From: Gemmatimonadales bacterium
GTDB lineage: Bacteria; Gemmatimonadota; Gemmatimonadetes; Gemmatimonadales; GWC2-71-9
Length of the DNA: 64,000 bases
Direction: 5' to 3'
Assembly (NCBI GenBank): GCA_035505915.1
Contig: DATJQI010000011.1
Coordinates: 44,221-108,220, forward strand
The notes below the pieces were generated by a model. The model was not told where the DNA came from and searched no databases. It saw nothing but the letters and a program-made list of their open reading frames with translations. This document shows positions 1 to 9,335 of this stretch, piece by piece. Every line of letters begins with the position of its first letter. Positions within the stretch are counted from its first letter, which is position 1. A program made the translations under genes and the position numbers.

Positions 1-112
1 CCGCGCCCGCCGGCAGGAACTGCCGCAGGAGCGCCTGGAGAAACCCTCCCAGCACGAACCCGGTGGTGAGAACTCCCAGGTAAAATAGCGGGCGCCGCGG
101 TCCGCGCGCCAC
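1..112 (-). CDS. partial CDS, small membrane or signal-anchored protein (N-terminus only, continues past window start)
   Basis: GTG at 112..110, 3 nt after the upstream TAG (116..118). Reads MARGPRRPLFYLGVLTTGFVLGGFLQALLRQFLPAGA: a basic N-terminus followed by one hydrophobic helix. Not in the ORF track because the window edge truncates it. Confidence 0.35.
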   Translation of the reverse strand, partial: MARGPRRPLFYLGVLTTGFVLGGFLQALLRQFLPAGA

Positions 113-115
113 GCG

Positions 116-1105
116 CTAGCTCCGCCGCTCCACGGCGTAGGCGATGCTGCCCTCGAGCGCGGTCCGCGCCGGCGAGGACGGCAACCCGTCCAGCGCGCGC
201 TCCGCCTCCTGCGCGAGCGCCAGGGCCCGGTGCCGGGCATACGTCAGCCCGCCCGCGTCGATCACGCACGCGATCACGTCCGCCACCAGCTGGCCCGACG
301 GCTCCGGCTCGTCCATCAGGCGCTCCACCAGCCGCCGGCCCTCCGGCGCCATCCGCGGCAGCGCCGCGATCAGGGGGAGCGTGACTTTGTGCTCCTTCAG
401 ATCCAGGCCCCAGGGCTTCCCGGTGACGGCTTCGGGCTCGGTGTAATCCAGGAGATCGTCCGTGATCTGGAACGCCATCCCCAGGTGGAGGCCGAACCGG
501 GCCAGCGCGGCCCGCGCCGCCGGGTCGCCGCGCAAGGCGCCGCACTCGCAGGCGCCGGAGAGCAGCGACGCGGTCTTGGCCCGGATCAGCTGGTCGTACT
601 GCTCCTCCGTATAGGCGAGCTTGTCGTGGGCCTCGAGCTGGCGCATCTCACCGATGGTCATCTCGTTGGTCACCCGGGCGAACACGCGGAGCGGCTCGAT
701 GTCGTTGAAGCGCACCAGCTCGATGATGGCCCGCGAATACAGATAGTCGCCCATGATGACGGCGATCTGGTGCGAGAACAGCGTATTGAGGGTCGGGAGC
801 CCGCGCCGGAGCGCCGAGTGATCCACCGAATCGTCGTGCACGAGCGTGGCCAGGTGGATCAGCTCGACCACGGCCGCCAGGGTCGCGGTGCGGGGATCGG
901 CGTCCCCCGACGCCTGCGCGGACAGGAGGAGCAGCATGGGCCGGAAGAGCTTCCCCTTCATCCGCAGGAGATGGTCGTTCACGTCCGCGATGCCGGGGAA
1001 GTCCGCCGCGATGATCCGCCGCAGCTCGTCCGCCACGCGGGCGAGATCCTGGGCCACGGGGCGCTGGATGTCGTGCAGGGTGACCGGCGCGACTTGCTGG
1101 CTCAC
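116..1105 (-). CDS. ispB: long-chain trans-polyprenyl diphosphate synthase (IspB-like)
   Basis: 329 aa. Carries both Asp-rich motifs of trans-prenyltransferases: LVHDDSVDHSALRRG and FQITDDLLD. GTG start at 1105. Confidence 0.9.
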   Translation of the reverse strand: MSQQVAPVTLHDIQRPVAQDLARVADELRRIIAADFPGIADVNDHLLRMKGKLFRPMLLLLSAQASGDADPRTATLAAVVELIHLATLVHDDSVDHSALRRGLPTLNTLFSHQIAVIMGDYLYSRAIIELVRFNDIEPLRVFARVTNEMTIGEMRQLEAHDKLAYTEEQYDQLIRAKTASLLSGACECGALRGDPAARAALARFGLHLGMAFQITDDLLDYTEPEAVTGKPWGLDLKEHKVTLPLIAALPRMAPEGRRLVERLMDEPEPSGQLVADVIACVIDAGGLTYARHRALALAQEAERALDGLPSSPARTALEGSIAYAVERRS

Positions 1106-1106
1106 G

Positions 1107-3539
1107 TCAGTTCCCCTGCGCGGCGAGCGCCTTGACGCGCTCGCCGACGTCCAGGAACCGGATGCTCACCGCGAACACCCGGCCGTAGAGATCCCGCGCG
1201 TCCCGCGTCCGTCCCTGCTCCTCCAGCGCCCGCGCCAGCCAGTAGAGGATCCCCAGCCGCTCCTCGTCCCCCGAGGCCGGCAGCTCCAGGCCGCGCCGGA
1301 GGATGGACTCCGCCACGCCGAACGCCCCCTTTTCGAAGAAGCAGACGCCGAGCGCTTCCGACGTGCGCAGCTTGCCGTCCTGGGCCCGCAGGGCCTTCTG
1401 GAACTCGGCGATCGCCTCGTCCAGGAGCCCCATCTCCTTGAACGCCACCCCCAGGTCGTAGTGCGACTGGAAGTCGCCTTCGTCGATGTTCTCGTCGATC
1501 CCCTGCTTGAAGCGGGCCAGCATGTCCTTGAAGTCCTGCTGCTCGTCCCCGGTGGGCTCCTCGTCCTGCACCTTCATCCGGGAGTCCTTGGGGGGCTCCT
1601 CCTCCTCGAGGATCATCGCGCCCAGGTCCACGAAATCCGCGCCGCTCGCGGCCTCGTCGCGGACCTTCATCTTCGCGTCCTTGGCCTTCACCTTGCCTTC
1701 GGGGACGGCGGCCGGCGGAGGCGCCAGCATCGCCAGGGCCGACTGGGCCCGCGCGTTCCCCGGATCGTGCTCGGCCACCCGCTCGTAGACCGCGCGGGCC
1801 TTCTCGGGCACGTCCGACCGCAGGAGCGTATCGGCCAGCTCGAGATACGCCGTGATGAGCTTGTCCTTCTCCCCCGACTTGTACGCGAACTCCACGAGCT
1901 TCTGGCGGTGGCGGATGCTGTTGGGATCGAGCCGGAGGATCTCGTCGACCAGGTCCTCCGCCTGCTGGAGGTTCCCCAGCCCCTCGAATCCCGCCGTGGC
2001 GTGGTCCAGCTCCTCGATGCCCCGATCGCGGTCCCCCGCCTCCACCAGCGCTTCGCCCAGGGCCTGGTGCGCCTCGGGGTCGTCCGGATTGTCGGCCACC
2101 CGGCCTTCCAGGTCCTCGATCGAGACGGTGGCCGCCTCCTCGATGTCCGAGAAGTCGATCGCCGGGGCCTCTTCCTCGGCCTGCACGGGCCCGTCGAGCC
2201 CCACGTCGATGTGCACCGATGGGCGACCACCGACCGACGTGTCATCCTCGGTCTGGATCCACTGCGGCCGTTCGGCGTCGGCGGGCGCCTCCTCGATGAC
2301 CAGCGGTTCGTCGTCCACCACCGCTTCGGGCTCGGCTTCCGGCTCGGGCTCCGGCTCGGCGTCGAGAGACAGCTCGACCACGGCCTGCCGCCGCGCGGTG
2401 GTCCGCGCCGGAGGCTCGGGCACCTCCTCCGCGACGGGCTCCTCCACCACTTCCTCGGCCACCACGTCCTCGGCCACCGCATCCTCGGCCACCGGCTCCA
2501 CGTCCGCCGCCGTCGGCTCGAGCTCGGCGACCGGCTCGACGTCGTCGGCGACGATCTCCTCGCGCACGGATTCGACATCGTCGGCGCTCGTGCGGACATC
2601 CTCGAAATCCGCGCTCGTGGCCTCCAGACCCTCGAGCGTGCCCCCCACGTCCGCCGCCTCGACGGACTCTTCCTCGACCAGCGAGGTCGACTCGATCTCG
2701 AGCGACGTGTCGGGCTCCGCCACCGGCTCCTCCAGGATCGACACCGGCTCCGGCTCAGGCTCGGGCGGCGGAGGAGGCGGGGCGGGCTTCGGAGGCGCCG
2801 GCGCCCTGGCGGCGGGCGCGGCCGGCTTTGGGGCCGGAGCCGCCGGCTTGGGAGCCGGAACGCCGGGCTTCGCCGGCGCGGCGGGCGCGGCGGGGGCGGC
2901 GGGGGCGGCGGGGGCGGCCGTCGCCTTGGCGGGCGACGGCGCATCCAGATCCAGGAACACCAGGCTCGACGTCTTCCGCTTCGGCTGCTTCGGCTCCACC
3001 GGCTTGTGCGCCGCCGTGGTCCGCCGCTGCGGCACGTCGGCCGTACCATACGCCGCAAGCTGCTCTTCCAGCATCGCCCGGAGCTGCTCGCCCTCGGACG
3101 AGATGTCGGTGAACTCCTTGAGCGCCGAAAACGCGAGCTGGATGTTGCCGGCCTTGTGCACCCGCTCGGCGTACTCCACGAAATTCTGCTTCGCCTCGGC
3201 GTTGAATCCCTTGGCGGCGTAGAGCTTGGCGAGCTTCAGGTAGGTGTTCTGACGTCCCGGCGCGTTGCGGAGGACCTTGTTGCACATCGCGATGGCGTTG
3301 TTGTGCAGGCCCTGCTCGGCGTACTTGTCCACCGCGCGGTCGTAATGATCGGCAGCCTGACCGGGGTCCTTGAGCTTGACGTAGAGGTCCCCGATGCGGT
3401 TGTAGATGGCCAGATCGGGATTGGCCTCGCCCTCGGCGTCCTGCTCTTTCAGGACCTCGAGCCAGGCCTCGACAGCCCCCTTGGGATCCTTCAGCTCGAG
3501 GGCGCGGGCGCGTTCCTTCGATTTCTCGAGTTTGGACAT
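1107..3539 (-). CDS. TPR-repeat protein with a long Pro/Ala then Glu/Asp/Val-rich low-complexity linker
   Basis: 810 aa with ATG at 3539. The N-terminal ~170 aa and C-terminal ~330 aa are TPR-like helical repeats (e.g. HYDLGVAFKEMGLLDEAIAEFQKAL). The middle ~300 aa is (PAA)n / PKPAAP / EPEPEP / VAEDVVAEEVVEEP. Confidence 0.8.
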   Translation of the reverse strand: MSKLEKSKERARALELKDPKGAVEAWLEVLKEQDAEGEANPDLAIYNRIGDLYVKLKDPGQAADHYDRAVDKYAEQGLHNNAIAMCNKVLRNAPGRQNTYLKLAKLYAAKGFNAEAKQNFVEYAERVHKAGNIQLAFSALKEFTDISSEGEQLRAMLEEQLAAYGTADVPQRRTTAAHKPVEPKQPKRKTSSLVFLDLDAPSPAKATAAPAAPAAPAAPAAPAKPGVPAPKPAAPAPKPAAPAARAPAPPKPAPPPPPPEPEPEPVSILEEPVAEPDTSLEIESTSLVEEESVEAADVGGTLEGLEATSADFEDVRTSADDVESVREEIVADDVEPVAELEPTAADVEPVAEDAVAEDVVAEEVVEEPVAEEVPEPPARTTARRQAVVELSLDAEPEPEPEAEPEAVVDDEPLVIEEAPADAERPQWIQTEDDTSVGGRPSVHIDVGLDGPVQAEEEAPAIDFSDIEEAATVSIEDLEGRVADNPDDPEAHQALGEALVEAGDRDRGIEELDHATAGFEGLGNLQQAEDLVDEILRLDPNSIRHRQKLVEFAYKSGEKDKLITAYLELADTLLRSDVPEKARAVYERVAEHDPGNARAQSALAMLAPPPAAVPEGKVKAKDAKMKVRDEAASGADFVDLGAMILEEEEPPKDSRMKVQDEEPTGDEQQDFKDMLARFKQGIDENIDEGDFQSHYDLGVAFKEMGLLDEAIAEFQKALRAQDGKLRTSEALGVCFFEKGAFGVAESILRRGLELPASGDEERLGILYWLARALEEQGRTRDARDLYGRVFAVSIRFLDVGERVKALAAQGN
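2882..2917. repeat. tandem 9-nt repeat, 4 copies (unit CGGGGGCGG, first copy degenerate)
   Basis: Read directly from the sequence. Encodes the (PAA)n run of the TPR protein linker. Confidence 0.8.
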
Positions 3540-3540
3540 G

Positions 3541-4803
3541 TCACGCTAAAGATATCGGGGCCGATGGGGAGCGACAAGCCGAACCCCCTGTCCAGACGGC
3601 GGTTACGAGGTTGGCACCGAGCCAGTACGCCGCTTCCCGCCAATCCGACACGTCGAGCGCCACCAGGTCGGCGCGCATGCCCGGGGCGATCTGGCCCCGA
3701 TCCTGGGCCAGGCCCAGCGCCGCGGCCGCGTTCACGGTCACCCCGATCAGCGCCTCCTCGTGACGCATCCCGAGCTGGGAGACCCCGAGGGCCATCACCA
3801 GCGGGAGGGAGAGCGTGGGGGACGACCCGGGGTTGAAGTCGGTCGCCAGGGCCACGGCCGCTCCCGCATCCCAGAGCGCCCGCGCGGGCGCCTGCGTCCG
3901 CTTGCCCAGGAACGTCATGGTGGCGGGCAGAAGGACCGCGACCGTCTCCGCCCCGCCCAGCGCCCGGATCCCGGCTGGCGACACGGCCGCCAGATGATCC
4001 GCCGACTGCGCCCCCAGGGCGACGGCCAGCTCGGCGCCCCCTGCTCCTTCGAGCTCGTCGGCGTGCATGGTGAGCGCCAGGCCCGCGCGTCGCGCGGTCT
4101 CGAGGATCCGGCGGCTCGCGTCGGTGGTGAACACCCCGGGCTCGCAGAAGACGTCGCAGCGGAGCGCGAGGTGCTCGCGGCCCACGCGGGGGATCATGTC
4201 GTCGCAGAGAAACCGGATGTACCCGGCCGGGTCGCGCCGGTGCTCCGGGGGCACTTCGTGCGCGCCCAGGAACGTGGCGACCACGTCGGGGCTCCCGTCC
4301 CGCTTGAGGCGCGCGATGACCGCGAGCTGCTTGAGCTCGGCCTCGAGATCGAGCCCGTACCCCGACTTGACCTCGACCGTGGTGGTGCCGTGCGCGCGGA
4401 GGGTATCGAGGCGGGCGCGGGCCAGGCGGTACAGGTCGGCCTCGGAGCGGCCCCGCACATCGCGCACCGACTCGAGGATCCCGCCGCCCGCCGCCGCGAT
4501 CGCCTGGTAGGTCTCGCCCAGCGCCCGGCGCCGGTGGTCGTCGAGGCGCGGCGCGCCGAACACGCCGTGGGTGTGGGCATCCACGAACCCCGGAAAGAGC
4601 ATGCCGCGCACTTCTTCGCGGAGGGCGCCGGGATGGGCGGCCGCGAGGTCGGCGGCGGGACCCACCGCGGCGATCCGGGAGCCGTCGAGCAAGACGGCCG
4701 CACCGGCGAGGACCTCCACGTTTCGGGCTTCCGCGCCGCGGCGGGCCCGCGCGGGGCCGCGGCAGGTCACGACCGCCCGGGCGCCGACGAGCAGGGTGCT
4801 CAG
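3541..4803 (-). CDS. hutI: imidazolonepropionase
   Basis: Amidohydrolase motifs [28 protein letters not shown]. The first ATG/GTG/TTG (GTG at 4770) would remove the conserved N-terminal strand ([16 protein letters not shown], compare the IGQLLT..GP region of HutI proteins). CTG at 4803..4801 overlaps the hutU stop as CTGA. The 3' end is certain; the start is uncertain (4803 or 4770). Confidence 0.88.
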   Translation of the reverse strand: MSTLLVGARAVVTCRGPARARRGAEARNVEVLAGAAVLLDGSRIAAVGPAADLAAAHPGALREEVRGMLFPGFVDAHTHGVFGAPRLDDHRRRALGETYQAIAAAGGGILESVRDVRGRSEADLYRLARARLDTLRAHGTTTVEVKSGYGLDLEAELKQLAVIARLKRDGSPDVVATFLGAHEVPPEHRRDPAGYIRFLCDDMIPRVGREHLALRCDVFCEPGVFTTDASRRILETARRAGLALTMHADELEGAGGAELAVALGAQSADHLAAVSPAGIRALGGAETVAVLLPATMTFLGKRTQAPARALWDAGAAVALATDFNPGSSPTLSLPLVMALGVSQLGMRHEEALIGVTVNAAAALGLAQDRGQIAPGMRADLVALDVSDWREAAYWLGANLVTAVWTGGSACRSPSAPISLA

Positions 4804-6464
4804 TCGCCGGCCTCGCGCATCGGCAGGCGGAGGTGCTCGCGTTGAGCGGTGGCGATGGCCTCCGGGTACCCCGCTTCGGCGTGGCGCGCCACGCCGATGC
4901 CGGGGTCGTTGGTCAGCACCCGCTGGAGCCGCCGCGCCGCCGCCGGCGTCCCATCCGCGACGATCACCTGCCCCGCGTGGAGTGAATTGCCGATCCCCAC
5001 GCCCCCGCCGTGATGGAACGAAACCCAGGAGGCGCCGGAGGCGGTGTTGAGGAGGGCGTTCAGGATGGCCCAGTCGGCGATGGCGTCCGATCCGTCCTTC
5101 ATCGCCTCGGTCTCCCGGAACGGAGACGCCACGGAGCCGGTGTCCAAATGATCCCGGCCGATCACGATGGGAGCCGACACCTCCCCGCGCGCGACCAGGT
5201 CATTGAGCGCCACACCGAACCGGGCGCGCTCGCCCTGTCCCAGCCAGCAGATGCGGGCCGGCAGCCCCTGAAACGCCACGCGCTCCCGGGCCAGCGTGAT
5301 CCACCGGCGCAGGTGCTCCTGGTCGGGAAAGAGCTCCAGGACCAGGCGATCGGTCCGTGCCAGGTCCTTGGGATCGCCGGACAGGGCCACCCAGCGGAAG
5401 GGGCCCTTTCCTTCGCAGAAGAGGGGCCGGATGTACTCGGGCACGAAGCCCGGGATGTCGAAGGCGCGGGCGAGGCCGGCGTCCTTGGCCACCGTCCTGA
5501 TGTTGTTGCCGTAGTCGAAGGTGACGGCGCCCTGCGACTTGAGCTCGAGCATCGCTTCGACGTGCTTCACAATCGAGGCGACCGCGGCGCGGACGTAGGC
5601 CGCGGGGTCCTTCGCCCGCAGGGCCCGCGCCTGATCCAGGGACATCCCCGCCGGGACATAGCCGTTCAACGTATCGTGCGCCGAGGTCTGGTCGGTGAGG
5701 ACGTCGACGGGAACGCGGCGCCGGGCGATCTCGGGCAGGAGGTCGGCGCAGTTACCGACGACTCCCACGGAGAGCGCGGTCTTCGCGGCGCGGGCTTCGG
5801 CGCACCAGGCCAGCGCTTCGTCGAGGGACTCCGTGGCGCGGTCCAGGTAGCGGGTGTCGAGCCGGCGGCGCACGCGGGTGGGGTCGACTTCGACCGCCAG
5901 GCAGACGGCGCCGTTCATGGTCGCGGCGAGCGGCTGGGCGCCGCCCATCCCGCCCAGGCCCCCGGTCACCACCAGGCGCCCCGCGAGCGACGCGCCGAAG
6001 TGCCGGGTGGCGACGGCGCCGAACGTTTCGTACGTGCCCTGCAGGATCCCCTGCGTGCCGATGTAGATCCAGGAGCCGGCCGTCATCTGGCCGTACATCG
6101 TCAGCCCCTTCCGCTCGAGCTCCCGGAACACGTCCCAGGTGGCCCAGCGGCCCACGAGATTCGCGTTCGCGATGAGAACCCGGGGCGCGTCCGGATGGGT
6201 CTGGAACACCCCGACGGGACGTCCCGATTGGACCAGCAGCGTCTCGTCGTCCGCCAGCGTGGTGAGGGTGCGGCAGATGGCGTCGAAGGACGCCCAGTCC
6301 CGGGCCGCGCGCCCGGTGCCGCCGTACACGACCAGATCGTCGGGGCGCTCGGCGACCTCGGGATCGAGGTTGTTCATCAGCATCCGCAGCGCCGCTTCCT
6401 GGATCCACCCGCGGCAGGTGCGGGCGGGTCCGCGCGGCGCGCGCACGGGCCGCGGGCCGCTCAC
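4800..6464 (-). CDS. hutU: urocanate hydratase
   Basis: [51 protein letters not shown] and [24 protein letters not shown] are urocanase hallmarks. GTG at 6464 overlaps the hutH TGA (GTGA). The upstream 291 codons of the track ORF lie inside hutH and are rejected. Confidence 0.93.
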   Translation of the reverse strand: MSGPRPVRAPRGPARTCRGWIQEAALRMLMNNLDPEVAERPDDLVVYGGTGRAARDWASFDAICRTLTTLADDETLLVQSGRPVGVFQTHPDAPRVLIANANLVGRWATWDVFRELERKGLTMYGQMTAGSWIYIGTQGILQGTYETFGAVATRHFGASLAGRLVVTGGLGGMGGAQPLAATMNGAVCLAVEVDPTRVRRRLDTRYLDRATESLDEALAWCAEARAAKTALSVGVVGNCADLLPEIARRRVPVDVLTDQTSAHDTLNGYVPAGMSLDQARALRAKDPAAYVRAAVASIVKHVEAMLELKSQGAVTFDYGNNIRTVAKDAGLARAFDIPGFVPEYIRPLFCEGKGPFRWVALSGDPKDLARTDRLVLELFPDQEHLRRWITLARERVAFQGLPARICWLGQGERARFGVALNDLVARGEVSAPIVIGRDHLDTGSVASPFRETEAMKDGSDAIADWAILNALLNTASGASWVSFHHGGGVGIGNSLHAGQVIVADGTPAAARRLQRVLTNDPGIGVARHAEAGYPEAIATAQREHLRLPMREAGD

Positions 6465-7942
6465 GCGGCCGGCCCCGGGTCGAACCGGCCGGTGCGGATC
6501 TCGGACGCCACCCGCTCGATGTCCGCCTGAAAGGGGCGGTCCCCGTCGAGGGCGGCCGCGAGGGCGCGGACGGCGGCGTAGGTGCGCGCGACGCCGCGTC
6601 CCGGCGTGAGGGGCTTCAGGAACTCCAAGCCTTCGGCGCCGGCCAGGAGCTCGATGGCGACGACCCGCTCCGCGTCCGCGAGGATCCGGCCCGCCTTCCA
6701 GGCCGCGCTCATCCCCATGGGCACGATGTCCTCCTGATTCGCCTCGGTGGGAATGGTCTGCACGCTCGCCGGAGTCGCGAGGACGCGCGCGTCGGCCACG
6801 AGGGCCGCGGCGACGATCTGGGGGGTCATGAATCCCGATTCGACCCCGGCGTTCCGCGCCAGGAAGGGCGGCAACCCGAACGAGAGGTCCGGGTTCACCA
6901 CGCGCTCGAGACGCCGCTCGGAGAGGTTGGCGAGGGTCACCAGCGCGATCCCGAGCACGTCCAGGGCGAACGCGATCGGCTGCCCGTGGAAGTTTCCGCC
7001 GGAGAGGATCTCGGCGCCGAACACCAGCGGGTTGTCGGTGGCCGAGTTCAGCTCGGTCGAGACGATCCGCTCGGCCATCGCGATCCCCTCCCCCACGGCG
7101 CCCAGGACCTGGGGCGTGCACCGGAGCGAGTAGGCGTCCTGGACTCTGGGGTCGTTGTCCCGATGGGACTCGCGGATGGCGCTGTCGGCCAGGAGCTCGC
7201 GGAGGATGGCGGCGGAGTGCTGCTGCCAGGGGTGCGGCCGGACGTCGTGGATGCGGGCGTCGAAGGCCACCGGGGTCCCGCGGGCCGCCTCGAGGCTCAT
7301 GGCGGCGGCGGCGTGGGCGCACCGCCACAGGAGCCACGCGTCGTGGACCAGGAGGGCCGCCAGTCCGGTCTGCGCCTGGGTGCCGTTGATGAATGCCAGG
7401 CCTTCTTTCGCTTCGAGGGTCACGGGCGTGAGGCCGGCGGCCCGCACCGCGGCGCCGTCCGGGCCTTCGCCCATCAACGCGAGGGCCAGATGCGAGAGCG
7501 GCGCCAGGTCCCCGGAGGCCCCGACGCTTCCCTGGGAAGGAATGGAGGGGTGAATGCCGCGATTCAGGAGCTCGATGAGGAGCAGCGGCAGCTCGGCGCG
7601 CGCCCCGCTCGTGCCCATCAGCAGCACGTTGGCCCGGAGGAGCATCATCGCCCGGACCGCTTCGACGGGCAGCGGATCTCCCACGCCGGACGCGTGGCTC
7701 CGGATGAGGTTGGCCTGGAGATCACGGAGCTTGTCGGCGGGGATGCGGACGTTGGCGAGCTTCCCGAAGCCCGTGTTCACGCCGTACATGGTGTCCCCGC
7801 GGGCGATCGCCTGCTCCACGGAGGAGCGGGAGGCGCGGACCCGATCGAGGGCGGCGGGAGCGGCGGAAACTTTGGCATTGCCACGGGCGACGGCCACCAC
7901 GTCCGCCAGGGACAACGAGCGTCCATCTAGGGCGATGGTCAT
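6461..7942 (-). CDS. hutH: histidine ammonia-lyase
   Basis: 493 aa. Contains the MIO-forming [15 protein letters not shown] motif. ATG at 7942. Confidence 0.95.
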   Translation of the reverse strand: MTIALDGRSLSLADVVAVARGNAKVSAAPAALDRVRASRSSVEQAIARGDTMYGVNTGFGKLANVRIPADKLRDLQANLIRSHASGVGDPLPVEAVRAMMLLRANVLLMGTSGARAELPLLLIELLNRGIHPSIPSQGSVGASGDLAPLSHLALALMGEGPDGAAVRAAGLTPVTLEAKEGLAFINGTQAQTGLAALLVHDAWLLWRCAHAAAAMSLEAARGTPVAFDARIHDVRPHPWQQHSAAILRELLADSAIRESHRDNDPRVQDAYSLRCTPQVLGAVGEGIAMAERIVSTELNSATDNPLVFGAEILSGGNFHGQPIAFALDVLGIALVTLANLSERRLERVVNPDLSFGLPPFLARNAGVESGFMTPQIVAAALVADARVLATPASVQTIPTEANQEDIVPMGMSAAWKAGRILADAERVVAIELLAGAEGLEFLKPLTPGRGVARTYAAVRALAAALDGDRPFQADIERVASEIRTGRFDPGPAA

Positions 7943-7961
7943 GGTGGACAGAAACTACCTA

Positions 7962-8081
7962 CTAGACGCGCGGACGCACAGATGGGAGACAGGGGTCGGA
8001 CCGCAGGAGTGCCCCTGCAACCCGACCCCCGTTTACCATCTGTGCGTCTGTGCGTCTAGTTCTTGGCGTCTGTGCGTCTAG
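7962..8081. repeat. nested inverted repeat (about 98-nt hairpin, 7962..8059) plus a direct repeat of GCGTCTGTGCGTCTAG (8044..8059 and 8066..8081)
   Basis: Outer arms 7962..7985 (CTAGACGCGCGGACGCACAGATGG) and 8036..8059 (CCATCTGTGCGTCTGTGCGTCTAG) match 22/24 as reverse complements. Inner arms are GGGGTCGG 7992..7999 with CCGACCCC 8022..8029, and GCAGG 8003..8007 with CCTGC 8014..8018. Lies between the lipoprotein stop (8085) and the hutH ATG (7942). Confidence 0.85.
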
Positions 8082-8084
8082 CCG

Positions 8085-9215
8085 TTAGTGCCTCGCCACG
8101 GTTCTCCCCGTGACGGTCCTGACCGCTGCTCTGACCAGCTCCGGATTGGTGGCATCGGTCTGGAAGCTCCAATCCAGAATGAGGAACGTCCGCCCGACGT
8201 GCGTCACGCGGACCGCGCCGTACCGCGTGGCGGCGCCGGAGCCGGTCTGGAAGACGTACCCGAAGCCGGGCTGCGCCTGGAGCGGCGTGCTCGAGTAGCC
8301 GGACGCGGGCGCGTAGTCGATGGACGTGAGGTCCGCGATGGCGCCGCTGCCGTACTGCTGCATCGTGGTGCCGGCGGCGGGCACCAGCCAGAGGGTCGAG
8401 TCGGCGTGCTGCGACACGTAGAAGTTCGCCGAAGGCGACCCGCCGTTCACGACCAGCCCGTACCCGCCGGCGCCGTCCCAGAACTCGAGCCCCGCCTGGG
8501 CGGGCGTGGTCTCCTCGGGAAAGAGCGCGACGTTGCGGGCGTCCGGGCGCGGCGTGTCTTCCCGGACCGGGGACCAGAGACTCTCGTCACCCAGGGTGTC
8601 GATGGCGGACACGCCGTAGCAGCGCGTCACGCCGTTGGTGAGCGCGCCGACGATGAAGTCCGGTGAGACGGTCGCGCCTTCGAGCACCCAGTCGGTGCCG
8701 CAGAGGGTGTCGGAGATCGCGCTGGCCGAGTATACGCGGTACCACTTGAACGCCGCCGGGGCGGTCAGGTAGGCGTTGTCGGTCCAGTCGAGCTCGACGG
8801 CGCCGTTGAGCGAGGTCGAATAGAGGGTGTCGGGGGCTTCCAGGGTGAGGCGCGAATCCACGGTGACGACGTTCGAACCCGCGCTTTCGGTGCCGTTGAC
8901 GTCCACGGCGGTGACGAAGTACTGCAGGTCGGGGACGCCGGCGTCGTGGAACGTGGGCGACGTGGTTTCCGCCCGGAAGTTGAAGGCCCCGCTCGACCCC
9001 GGCCGGGAGTAGATGTTGTAGCTCGAGAGGGTCGGGGCGGTGACGGGCGCCCAGGACAGGAGAATCCCGGACGGCGTCCCGGGCGTCCCCGACGGGTCGA
9101 GCTCGTAGGACAGATCCTGCGGGGGCGGGAGCGTAGACACGTCCACGGTCCGCTGCTGGTCGCAGGCGGCCGCGGTGACGGCCAGAACCAGGCCCACTCG
9201 CGTGAGTGTGCGCAT
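8085..9215 (-). CDS. hypothetical lipoprotein with two FN3-like beta-sandwich repeats
   Basis: ATG at 9215 gives MRTLTRVGLVLAVTAAAC, a signal peptide with a lipobox-like Cys. Two segments resemble FN3 (LSWAPVTAPTLSSYNIYSR...YFVTAVDVNGTES; ELDWTDN...WYRVYSA...CYGVSAIDTLGDES). No named family recognised. Confidence 0.65.
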   Translation of the reverse strand: MRTLTRVGLVLAVTAAACDQQRTVDVSTLPPPQDLSYELDPSGTPGTPSGILLSWAPVTAPTLSSYNIYSRPGSSGAFNFRAETTSPTFHDAGVPDLQYFVTAVDVNGTESAGSNVVTVDSRLTLEAPDTLYSTSLNGAVELDWTDNAYLTAPAAFKWYRVYSASAISDTLCGTDWVLEGATVSPDFIVGALTNGVTRCYGVSAIDTLGDESLWSPVREDTPRPDARNVALFPEETTPAQAGLEFWDGAGGYGLVVNGGSPSANFYVSQHADSTLWLVPAAGTTMQQYGSGAIADLTSIDYAPASGYSSTPLQAQPGFGYVFQTGSGAATRYGAVRVTHVGRTFLILDWSFQTDATNPELVRAAVRTVTGRTVARH

Positions 9216-9335
9216 GCCGAATGCCTCGGGAAGACAGGTGACCCTGGAGGGAAGCACGGTCCGTGCCGCGGCTCCGGAGATGCGCCGGAGCGCGGATTCC
9301 GGGCCTCTGTCCCACGGCGAGGACAGCCGGACGGG

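Noticed and set aside
82-110. A GC hairpin (GGCGC...GCGCC) followed by a T-run after the ispB-like stop, considered as an intrinsic terminator.
   Set aside because: The stem is only about 5 bp with a poorly paired interior. The segment falls inside a plausible downstream CDS that starts at GTG 112.
2300-2960. Short tandem and periodic DNA repeats (GCGGGGGCG units, GGCTCGGGCTCCGGCTCGG), considered as a CRISPR-like or satellite array.
   Set aside because: The units are 6-9 nt with no spacers. They are in frame and simply encode the PAA/EPEP low-complexity linker of the TPR protein.
846-3836. Very long plus-strand ORFs antisense to real genes: 846..3836 (996 aa), 11166..13262, 22098..24317, 27194..30718 (1174 aa), 41738..44980 (1080 aa) and many shorter ones.
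   Set aside because: Their translations are Arg/Gly/Pro/Asp-rich low-complexity strings with no recognisable motifs. They run exactly opposite strongly supported genes (TPR protein, tatC::lptD, uvrB, secA, carB). Stop-poor mirror frames are expected at this GC content.
6465-7337. N-terminal extensions of minus-strand track ORFs. Examples: the first 291 codons of 4800..7337, the upstream parts of 30450..31541, 31016..32731, 33436..35358, 35318..37360, 37938..40106, 40051..41361, 44829..46478 and 51638..53968, and the same-strand alternate-frame ORFs such as 8587..10485 and 24185..26461.
   Set aside because: They lie inside the preceding, well-supported gene in another frame and translate to Arg/Pro-rich junk. 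The homologous protein begins at an internal GTG or ATG that overlaps the upstream stop.
9216-9335. Short hairpins downstream of the tatC::lptD stop (CTGTCC...GGACAG, CTCCGG...CCGGAG), considered as a terminator or sRNA.
   Set aside because: The stems are 6 bp with no U-tract. Such palindromes occur by chance at this GC content. The next gene follows on the same strand with no clear promoter.
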